Positions 25,486 through 35,431 of a stretch of DNA of 64,000 bases are shown piece by piece. The notes under the pieces are model-generated. The model was not told where the DNA came from and did no database searches. It was given only the letters and a program-made list of their open reading frames with translations. How positions within the stretch are numbered: position 1 is the first letter of the stretch; each line of letters begins with the position of its first letter. This DNA comes from Klebsormidium nitens (lineage: Eukaryota > Plantae > Klebsormidiophyceae). The position numbers and the translations under genes are program-made. The DNA is taken from the NCBI GenBank assembly GCA_000708835.1, contig DF237110.1, forward strand, positions 100,195-164,194, read 5' to 3'.

Positions 25486-28400
25486 TCATTCGCTCGACCT
25501 TTTGAGGTTTGGGTTTTCGTGAGCAACTTCTGGACTGAAACACAGCGCTGGCGGTTGATTACCGCCACGATTGACTCCCACCGACCATTGAGGCTGAATG
25601 ATCGGTGATAGTAGAAACGCAAAGCAAACCTCGTAGCTCCTCCCATGCTGGTCTCTTCTTCTTCCTTTTCTTTTTTTTCTTTTTTTTTTTTTTGAAGGCA
25701 CAACTGACAACCTTATGCAGAAGTTTTGACACTGACAATGCTCGTGGATTCTTGCTAGCTCGAAAGAACCCTCAATAGAAGGCCAGTCGCTAACAACATT
25801 TTTGCACGATGTGCAGGCATCAAGCGCAATTCACAGTGGACCGTTTAGCTCAAAATTAACGCACAAAGTCGAGGCTTGAAAGTGATCCTCAAAGTTGGTC
25901 AAACGAGCATTAGGCTTTGCTTACACAAGTCGAGGCTTGAAAATGCTTGCCAAAGTCGGCCATTTCTAAATAACAATCTCAAAGTGCGGACGATTTATTT
26001 CACTTCACTTGAGGCTTGATATGCTCCTCAAAGTCGGTCTTCTCGATGATACCCTCAGTGCGCGGCCGATTTCAGCAACCCGGATTCGACGATCGGCCTC
26101 ACCTTTGGTATAGAAAGAGCCCCGCATAGAAGAGCGCCAGCAGGATTGCCCCGAGGCCTGCGAGTACGAAGTATCTGGCCCCTCGTCCGCGCTTCTGCAA
26201 GGAACATCCGAACACCTGTCTCGATCTAGTTGTCCAGCAATTACGAGGCACGAATGTTTGACCAAGGCGGAACGAGGAAACGGGTGTACGCTAAGTACGG
26301 TGTTTCACAAATACAAGTAGGCACTCCAACCACATGTTCGGAGACCCAGAAGAAAGGGACTCTTAAAAATCGGGCATAAGAAGAACGACGCGGTTGCAAA
26401 GAGGGGGATGTCCCCAAAGAAAGTTTGGGGACTCGATCCGTCCTGAGACGAGTGCTGCGCAGTCAAACTCCTGGTCTAGGAGACCCTCCGAAATTTGGTT
26501 GTCAAAGGGCCAAAAGCCCCGAGAAAGAGGCGCCCATTTCTGCGGACAAAACTGAGAAGTTGCACGAGAAAGTCCTGTCGAGACATTACAGATGGAACCG
26601 CAGACAGCAGCAGTTCTGAAGACGGTACCGTGCAAAGGAGGTCCGTTCCGCGAGGGGACATGCCCTCTTCCCCCGGTCGTAATCCACGGTTTATCCATGT
26701 TTTTCGTTTCGGCCGCTGGACTTGTTGTCAAAAACGTGTGTCCAACGTGCGGCTTCAATTGAGAATGCGTATCAAGATCTCAACCTAACCCTCGAACCGC
26801 TCAAATGCTTTCGAGAGGATGCAGTCAGACAGGAACGAGAGCTGAACGTCAAACCAGCCCAAATCTTCCATCAGAACCACCTAAAATTGAATTGCTAAAA
26901 AGCCCCGTTTATGCTCACCTGCTGACCCTCGGGGAAGAGCTTCCGGCCCTCGTGGCAAGTGTGCGCGTCACAGAACTGCCGCTGGAAGAACTCTGAGAGC
27001 GGAAAGCAACAAGAGGAGATGAGTCGTGGCAATTCTTGACCCATCTGACGAGCTGCTCTCGTCCGGAGCTTTTCATCAACATCCCAACTCCGTCTGCATA
27101 AACCATTTCCTTTTGATTGGCAACCCCTCATACTACTTTGGTGTAAGATTTGCGCGAGGAAGTCTTGGGTCCAAGAAAGCCCTGAAGGCAGACCAAGACC
27201 CGAACAGAAGCTAAACAAGGACCGAATCTAAGCTGATTGGGTAGCCCAACTTCCTGCAACAAAGCAAAGCCAGTGCATTGCAGACTGCCGCACTGCTCAA
27301 GCATGTTCTCACCGTTCATCTTTTGACCTAGCGGTTGATCTGGAGGAAAGCAAGCTTCGCTTAGGGCCTGCACGACAGGGTCTCAATTAGTTGCTCCAAA
27401 GTCTGCTCTTCCAGCGACTTGACAGATGCTAACGGCAAATTGTTGTTAAATACTTCGATGCAACTTCCTGAAAGCTTCCCAGATGGTTCTCCTCGATCCT
27501 TGGCAAATCTATGTCTGTTGCATGTTTTAGCCTGAACGCACTCCAAGTCGTTAAGTAATCGCAGAAGGTCTGTCTCGACGATCGAGTTAGGTGATTAGAT
27601 CGCAACTCGAAAAAGCTCTCGGTTCGGTTTTGGTGGTTCTCAGCAAGAGACTTCGTCTCGCGTGTGAAAGGTAAGGAGGGTGAGATTGTCCCCAACGGAT
27701 TGCTAGGCCAGTCGAATCTTTCAAGCTCAACAGGTGTCGAAGTAAAGAACAAGACAGCTCTCATCGCAGAGAGTCTTCACCCGTCAGATTAGTTGTCATT
27801 TGTGCTTTGCCATCGTGGCACTTTGTGTGCCTGCAAATCACAAAACCGTCACAATCCCCCCTTCCACACATAGTAAGAGATCGAGTCAGCCGACACGATG
27901 TTACTTCGGCCCAACGTACAATCCTGAAGCCCTCTTGACTGAAAAGAAACGCCGAAACCTTGATTTTGCAAGATACAAGCCCTCACTTTCTAGACCGCGT
28001 AAAGGCTTACAACTGACCTGACACAGGTGTTTTCGCCGCTGCGCATCTTGTTCTTGACAGGATGGCGGCGCTCGCTTCTGCACCGCCCTCTCAACCGCAT
28101 CACAATGCAGGATGTCGCACAGGTCGGCAAGACAAACGGTCGCGCCCTGCGGAGAACGGGGTGTTCTGAAGGCGTAACCCTTGACGGTCTGTTATAGGGT
28201 CCCTTTTGCATTCATAACATGGTGGCCGAAAAGAGATCCAGAAGAAACGTGTTTCCTAGCATGTCTTGCTTATAAACGGCAGTGGTCAATCAGCTTTTGA
28301 AGCTAACGAAATTGCACCATTCCAACCAGTCTCCGTCTCCTCTTTGCAAGTCCTTGCATGGAGGTTCCCAGAGCAAAAGCGAACACTCAACTTCTTTATA

Positions 28401-29174
28401 CCCCAACTTTCAACCATCAAAGACAATGCAGGTCTTAATGGAACACAATTCATCCCCCCTCCTACCGGGTATACAACCTGCGGATGCCTGTTCCCCATGT
28501 GTTTGTCAATATACTCTTCCTCCCGGAACATCTTGCGGCAGATGCGGCACTGCCAAAGGCCGTTCTCTTGCTCCACCTTCTCCTCTTCTTGTCGCAGTAA
28601 CATGTCGTTCTCTGGATGGAGTCGGCATCGTTGAGGGTCGAGCCTGAAGCGTGCTGTGTCAATCAGGGGGAAGAGGTACTGCAAAATCAAGCAAGCCCTC
28701 AATTGGCTGTTGATGCAGAAACAAATCATGTAGAATGAAGCACTTTTTCAAGGAGTTGATTAGCCTGAGAAGTGACTTGGAAGCCCCGTGCCAACCTGAA
28801 GCAACCTGGAGGGCAGTTGTGGCGGTCCGAAAGCGGGTACCGTGGAGAATACTCAAGTCTTCTTAAAAGCTGCTCCCAGTCAAGGGACACTTTAATCAAC
28901 AGAATGCATGGAACGTCGAAGTCATCCTGAATCCGAATGGGGCTCTGTTGATCTCTTCCACCAGACACCCTCATTCCTCATTTCATCTGAATGGGATTTC
29001 CAGTACCTGATTCAGCAGCTCACGCGCCAGCCTGGTTCTCTCTCTGTCGCATAGTTCTGCTCCCCCTTTGGCATCTTCTCGAATCTCCTGCTGCGATTCA
29101 CCTAGAACCAACACTGCCGCCAGTGCGAGCAAGCGGAGAGCTCGAACAACGTTGCTTTGATTGGCAGATACCAT
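25486..29174 (-). CDS. Signal-peptide C2H2-like zinc-finger protein with a C-terminal TM helix (plant family resembling Arabidopsis At5g63280/At5g40710, from memory)
   Basis: Exons 29174-29007 (signal peptide, CDRERTR), 28678-28478 (CRLHPENDM..WQCRICRKMFREEEYIDKHMGNRH), 28146-28018 (CLADLCDILHC), ~27367-27313 (ACFP), ~26994-26918 (FFQRQFCDAHTC), ~26193-26104 (TM YFVLAGLGAILLALFYAGLFLY). The last exon (~25536-25486) is tentative. Confidence 0.8.
25860..26045. repeat. Three degenerate tandem copies of a ~35-40-nt motif (60-80-nt spacing)
   Basis: gtcgaggcttgaaagtgatcctcaaagttggtc (~25868), gtcgaggcttgaaaatgcttgccaaagtcggcc (~25929), cttgaggcttgatatgctcctcaaagtcggtc (~26007). Confidence 0.7.
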
Positions 29175-29783
29175 TTGTTACCTCTTATCAGGAACTGGAG
29201 CTGCTACAAGCTGGCAGAAACCCAATTCAAAGCCTATTAAGTACCATATAGTCAATGAGGCAGGAAGGTTTGTGCTGGTATTAGCCGGCGCCGTTCACCG
29301 AGAACCCGACATTTTTCGACAGTGACTTCTGCTTGCTTGGAAAACGTCAAGGAGAGACAATCTAAATTTGTGAGAGGTCCCTGCACTTCACCAATGCGAT
29401 AGCGCTCACGTCGCTGGTCCCCTCAATCACCCTGCGCTTGCTTCTTCTTGCACATTTATTTTGTCAAAATTGAGTATCGCAAGAAAAAGTTCAAAGTGAT
29501 CCCCCCTTTGCGCCAGGAAACGGCGCTTTGATCGCCGGTCATGTCGGCACAGAATTAATACTCAGGGCCCAAGCCATATTATCAGACCTGGAGGTTTCAA
29601 GCAACGATGCCGGCTCCCTGCCGCCGGCACCTCGTCAAGTCATTATAGGGGCACACACACAAAGATTATACCGTATTCGAAATTCCCTATGCAGCACTGG
29701 CAGAAAAGGGGACGTGCTAGCCAGCTTTTGCCAGCATTCAAAGAGTCGCAGCTGGGAAGCGCCTCAAGACGATTCCCTGAAGG

Positions 29784-31410
29784 ATGGCGGACGACTTCTA
29801 CGGCGACGAGCAGGAACCTGAGGACCTCCAGAAGGAATGGAGAGCCCGGGAAGCGCAATTCAAGACTGTATCCTCCATTGCTGGTCTTCCGACTTTTGCA
29901 AGCTGTTGATTTGGTTCCAATGTAAAAAACGATTGCTCGATTGAGACATTTGTGCATGAGGCAAGCTGCTCAACACTGCAATTCATCCGAAAAAAACAGG
30001 TCCTTCTGAGTGAGAAGGAAAGTAGCAATATTTGGAAGTTGTCATGGTGGAAACCTCACAAGGCTCTACATCACTGACCTGTAGAAAAGGTGCCTGATAT
30101 TTGACTCCCTGGAGACAGAAGCAAGCAGCTTGAAAGAAGGGAATTGTGGCGAGCGTGTGCTGCTGAGCTCATTACTGCTGCGATTATGAAACTTGCACTG
30201 CCTCCAGGACCACATTGTCCAGGACCTTGCCCTATTCTCATTTACTCATCCATATTATAACCGCTCCTGTCAAGAAAAGCAAGCAAAAGAGGTTGAAACA
30301 ACGTTGGCTCTTGTGTTTCAACCTGCTTCTTGTTGACGTGCGGTTTTGCAACTGATCATGTGTCCGTCTGCTGGCATGTGCTTAAACAGATGTTGGTTGA
30401 TCCAGAGCAAGACCTTTTTGTGTTTTGTGTGCTTGAACTTGCCTTCATTCGACTTCGATATGGTATCCTTGACATCAATCAAATCCAGCTGGGTTACAGG
30501 GACGGAGTCACAGCCGGAAAGGACCAAACTCTGCAGCAGGGGTTTGAGCAGGGCTTCAAGGAGTCTGTCCAACCAGGATTCGATTGGGGTCGAGCGAGGG
30601 GCGCGGCTAGGTGAATTGCAGTTTTTGATTCTCAACTTTGCCTGGACACCGCAGACTGGCTGTTAGACGCGTCACGTTCAGCCCTGCTTCGGCAGAAACG
30701 TTCCAGACAAAGTTGGTATCGTCACGAGAATGTAGTCACGAATCAGAGGTGGCGTTCGTCAGAATGGGACCTCCAACTGCGGTGAAGGGATCGGGCCCAA
30801 GACGAGAAAGGGACAATCTCAATGAGGACTGTCACCTTTGGAATGAAAGTTGGGTGCATTTCTGACTCGTTGTGTGTCTGGAGGTTGGAACGGTGGAAGA
30901 TCGATGAGAAACACGACGAGGAGGTTCGTTTTGCGGTTTGTTTTCAGATCAGACTTCTTTTCGTCTGGTTGCAGTGCTCTGCGGACCCTTGGGCCGAATG
31001 CCAGCCTGCTCGTCCGGCCAGATGCGGAAGGCGAGCTTGCTGAGGTCAGCGCGAGCATCGCGGCCATCTCGACGGAAGATGCTCTAAGGAGTTTCTCCGG
31101 GGCCGCTCTTTCCTTGCAAAGAGGTAGCGATACGGGATCGAACATAGGAAACGTTTTGGAAAATGTACATGGGGATGCTTTGCGGGCTTCCAACCAAACG
31201 GAAGGTGCAACGTCAAATTCGAGAACAGTCGGTCGTGCTGACTCGGAATCAGTAACACATACAGTGGGTGAGCCTTTAGAAAGAGCAGTTGGGGCCATGG
31301 GCCTGCACACGACTGGAGAAAAGGTGCGGCTAGATCCCACTCAAACCGAACAGATGCTGAGGACGCTAGAAGCTAAGATATGGTCGGTTGTAAGTGTGTC
31401 GCCGGAGTGA
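29784..31410 (+). CDS. YAE1: Yae1_N-domain protein (YAE1-like, cytosolic Fe-S assembly adaptor family), 3 exons
   Basis: Exons 29784-29867 (MADDFYGDEQ..KEWRAREAQFKT), 30489-30610 (LGYRDGVTAGKDQTLQQGFEQGF, the deca-GX3 pattern) and ~30975-31410. Phases are compatible. Confidence 0.8.
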
Positions 31411-32055
31411 TCGCCGGGTAGTCGAAGCCGTATCTGCATCCGCAGAGTTGGTTGCATCAGATTTACTTTATCGAGTCACAAGTATGGTAGTGCTTTTTTC
31501 GTCGTTGCACTTGGTTCGATCATGTTCGACAAGCATCTGTCAGCTGTTCCTAGGCCTCATTGGGATTGCTGAACTGAGCGTCGTTTGAGCTATGCAAAAC
31601 CGGGTCACGTGAACTCCATGCTGCATACGTAGAGCGGCAATGCATCATAGTCGCTATCGATCCTGGTGGAACACTTTGCATCAGCCGTCAAGTAAACCAC
31701 CATGATTCCCCTAAGAAGATTCATGATTGCGCGTCGGCCACTTAACACTGTGATGATGCGTCTCACCATCTAAACTCAGCTCTTGCGTACGCAGATGTGC
31801 AGACTCGAGCTTGATCATGCCACGTGATGGTGTGTGTTTGCCATGCACGCCGACGCAGCCTACCACTGCAGACCATGGGCTTATATGCACCACTAATTCT
31901 TCACTTCCCGGTCCTGCATAGGGACGTATACATCTTGTATACATGCATATGCGCTGGTATATGAGACACGTCTGCAGCTAGCCCGGCAGGCATATGCGTT
32001 GACAGCCGCAGCATCAAAGGCTGTGTCTGTCTAAAGTGGACTGGCCATTGCCGCC
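30651..32055 (+). repeat. Direct repeat copy 1 (~1.4 kb: YAE1 last intron part, last exon and 3' flank)
   Basis: Colinear similarity with 33810-35165 from 'gcagactggc' through 'aaagtggactggccattg'. Confidence 0.85.
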
Positions 32056-32306
32056 CGGTCTTGCGATAAGAAATACTTCTGGATTTCCGCTATCTTTCTT
32101 GCAGATTTCCGTTCATTAAGTTGTAGCCAACCAAAGTGCCTCACATCAAAGCCAGTCCTACTTCTTCCAACGACTCACTGTCTACAACTTTTCTGTAGTG
32201 TCACTAATTGGACGAATTAATGCTGGTATGCCAAAACGATGTGTGTTCGTGAATGCGGGCTAACCTCTCAGCGGACCTTCCAGAGTAATCTGTACGCTCA
32301 AGAGTC

Positions 32307-33497
32307 TCAGAAGCTTGCTCTTTTATCACCGTCGTTCGGATTGTGCACGTCCAACGTCAAGAGAGGGATGTCTTCGTCCTTCTTCTCAACGTCCTCCTTC
32401 ATTGACGCCACAGATTCAGCAATCAGGCTCTCCCGGTAAGCGCAGTAAAGCGCGATGCTCAGTGCAGGCCCCAGCACACTAAGGGTAGCTCCGACCATCA
32501 CGCAAGAAGCCACGATTGGCCCGTCCTCAAGGAAGGAAAGATAGATGTATGACACCGTCAAACCGATGACGTCTATCAAGAAGAACCAGGCGGCTGCTTC
32601 CGGAAAACCAGAGCTTGCTCGTGTCGTTAGAATCGTCAGGAGCTGTGAGAGGAGAGAAGGATCTTCGTAGAGCGCGAGAAGGGTAAGCACACGCCCAGCC
32701 AAGGCTGTGATGGCCACAATTGAGTAAGCCATGTGTGCCATGTCGTTTAATGAGAACTCTAACGTGCTGATTTTCTGTCGACCAAGCTGCATAAGGTAAA
32801 GCGTTGCGCGCTGAAGGTAGGTCCGCATGAGAAAGATGAGCAAGAAGGATATCTGAAGGAAAACCTCGAAGACCTGCAGGGCGGCTTGAAAGTAAGAGAG
32901 ATTGTCGCAGGGACACTTGGTCATGTTGCTGACGGCCATTACAATGGGAGCCAGGATCAGGTACGGAATGTTGACGCAGACTGCGAAGATCATTGGGGTG
33001 AGAGACTTCGTCTCGTTGGACTCCTCCCCTCTGCCTTGGATGAAGTAGGGCAGCCACACACCACAGAAAGACACGCAACTGCTGTTGACCAGTGCCGAGG
33101 CCAACTGATGCATGGGGACTCTTGCGAGTTCCTGCGCCCAGTTTGCTCCCTTTCTGCAACCCTCGATTCCGCCATTCAGAGCACAGACCAACAGCAGGAA
33201 GCAAAGCTCCCCAACTATCAGAGGACCAGCGGGGGTCTGCATTGCAGCCTCAACGATTGCCCGCACAGAAAGGTAGATCTGTGACAGGACTCCGCGCGCA
33301 TTGCTGCTGCCCTCTTGTGCGCTGATCTCCTGAAAAGAGCGGATAAGTATCGGGATCCTCAAGCTCAGGCAGAGTGCGCAGATCACAACCAGAGGCGCGC
33401 ATGTCAGGAGGTGACGCGTCTTGAGATGCGCCATGAGGGCGACACTTCGAGCGCAGCGGAACCGATTCCTTCTTTTCGGCGCTGCTGATGGCCTCAA
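32307..33497 (-). CDS. Intronless multi-pass membrane protein (~375-396 aa); resembles AtmA/PaxA-like and DUF2834-type proteins
   Basis: Uninterrupted ORF with ~8 hydrophobic segments. It carries an E-x2-R-x-G-x-N motif (IEGCRKGAN) and the C-terminal motif WFFLIDV...LGPALSIALYCAYRE. The family assignment is recalled, not searched. The start may be 33434 (MAHLKT). Confidence 0.7.
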   Translation of the reverse strand: MRPSAAPKRRNRFRCARSVALMAHLKTRHLLTCAPLVVICALCLSLRIPILIRSFQEISAQEGSSNARGVLSQIYLSVRAIVEAAMQTPAGPLIVGELCFLLLVCALNGGIEGCRKGANWAQELARVPMHQLASALVNSSCVSFCGVWLPYFIQGRGEESNETKSLTPMIFAVCVNIPYLILAPIVMAVSNMTKCPCDNLSYFQAALQVFEVFLQISFLLIFLMRTYLQRATLYLMQLGRQKISTLEFSLNDMAHMAYSIVAITALAGRVLTLLALYEDPSLLSQLLTILTTRASSGFPEAAAWFFLIDVIGLTVSYIYLSFLEDGPIVASCVMVGATLSVLGPALSIALYCAYRESLIAESVASMKEDVEKKDEDIPLLTLDVHNPNDGDKRASF

Positions 33498-33809
33498 TAA
33501 AGCCTACAACAAAGTCTTCCAAGAGTTTGCTTGCGGCCGTCGAACAAAGCGCCTGCACTTGTTCATCTAAGATTCTGATTGAAAGCAGCGCCCTGGCGAA
33601 ATCGAAAGATGGTCTTGCTTTGCAGTGCAGTAGAAGGAATGTTTGTCGATCTCAGCTTCGTCACTTGCATGCTGAGCAAACTTCGACAAGTGTATACTTA
33701 CATCTGGCACTGGTAAGACCACCATGCACGTGGCATCAATCGATCGGACGGTCCAAACCGTGACGGAATAAGAAGCCTCAACGGCGTGCACTTCGCTTCG
33801 ATCCGCACT

Positions 33810-35165
33810 GCAGACTGGCTCTTAGATGCGTCACATCTCGCCCGAAGTGCTCCGAATAGAGTTGGTATAGTGGTATTGCCGCGAGAACCTAGTCACGACT
33901 TAGAGGTGGCAAGTTCATCAGAGTGGGGAATTCAACTGCGTGTGAGGGGATCAGGCCCAAGATGGAAAAGAGACTAGGACGAAGGATGACTGTCAGCTGG
34001 GGAAAGTAAGTGGGTCCACTCTTGATTGACTCCACGTCTGGAGAGTCAAGAGGTGGAAAAATGAGGAGAAAACGACGAGGTGAAAGTCCTTCTATGTGGA
34101 CATCCTGTTGCGGTTTGTTCTCGGAACAAAAGTTTGTCTCGTTGCAGTGCTCTGCGGACCCTTTGGTCGAAGGCCACCCTGCTCGTCCGGCCAGATGCAG
34201 AAGGCAAGCTTACTGAGGTCAGCACGAGCAGCGCAGCCATCTCGACGGAAGATGCTCTGAGGAGTTTCTCCACAGCCGCTCTTTCCTCACAAACAGGTAG
34301 CAATTTAGAACCGAGCATACGAAACGTTTCGGAAGGTTTACATAGGGAGGAGTTGCGGGCTCCGAGCCATGCGGATTGTGCAACGTCACATTCAATAGTA
34401 GTAGGTCCTGCTGGCTCGCAAAGGGTAGAAAACAGAGCGGATAATTCCTTAGAAAGAGCAACTGGGGCCTAGGGCCTGCACACGGCTGGAGAACGGCTGG
34501 CTTCAACACAAGGCGAACAGATGCTAAGAACGTTAGAAGACAAGATCTGGTCGATCGTAAGTGTGTCAGCAGAGTGATCGCCGGCTACTCGTAGCGGTAC
34601 CCGCGATTGAATCTGTTGCACTGTACTTCATCAAGTCACAACACATGGTGGTGCATTTCTCGTCGTTGCACTTGTTGTGTCATGTTTGACAAGCATCGGC
34701 TAGCTGATCCTAGGCCTCACTGAATTTGCTGAAAGGAGCTTCATTCGAGCTATGCAGAACCGGGTCACATAAACTGAATGCTGCATACGTGGGTGGCAAC
34801 CATGCATAGTCGGCCAAAAGCACCATCCTCTTATTCATGAGTACCTAGTATGAGGCCACATGAGCGTCGCACCAATGATCTGAACTCAAAGCTCTCATGA
34901 CGCGGATGTGCAGAGCTTGACTATGCCACGTGATGGTGTGATTTTCCATGGCGGCACGCCGACGCAGGGACCAGGGGGCGTCAATGCACCGCTAAATCTT
35001 CATCTCTTGCGTAGGGACTTTTCATCTCTTGCGTAGGGACTTTCGCATGGATCGTATGCGCCTGTTATATCATACACGTATGCAGCTACTGCGGCACGCA
35101 TCTTAGTCAACAGCGGCAGCTCTAAGAGCTTTCTCTTTCCAAAGTGGGCTGGCAATTGAAGCGCA
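33810..35165 (+). repeat. Direct repeat copy 2 (diverged copy of 30651-32055)
   Basis: Same order of sequence blocks as copy 1. It also contains a private 22-nt tandem microduplication (catctcttgcgtagggactttt x2, ~35001-35043). Confidence 0.85.
34147..34576 (+). pseudogene. Duplicated YAE1 terminal exon with intact acceptor and a premature TAG
   Basis: The acceptor 'gttgcag|tgctctgcggaccc' matches the real exon. It translates SALRTLWSKATLLVRPDAEG...ERATGA then TAG (34470-2), where copy 1 has ATG. The frame continues to ...EDKIWSIVSVSAE*. Confidence 0.7.
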
Positions 35166-35431
35166 TGAGAGCCAAACTATGGTTCATTTCCCATGCGCAC
35201 GTGCAGCACCGTGAGACAGCTCGTGAGGCGGCTGCAAACTGGCAGACATGACATCCCAGCTAGACGACCAAGCAGTTCACGAAGGCCGTCAATTGGTCGG
35301 AGACTGGCATAAGATAAGGAAGAGCATCAGCTTGACTCAAAGGCAGATTCACGATCCGACCAATCAGATGTAGGCAGGTTGATCGATTTGACCTAAGCTC
35401 TGTGTATACTGAAGCGAGTAACGATTGAGTT

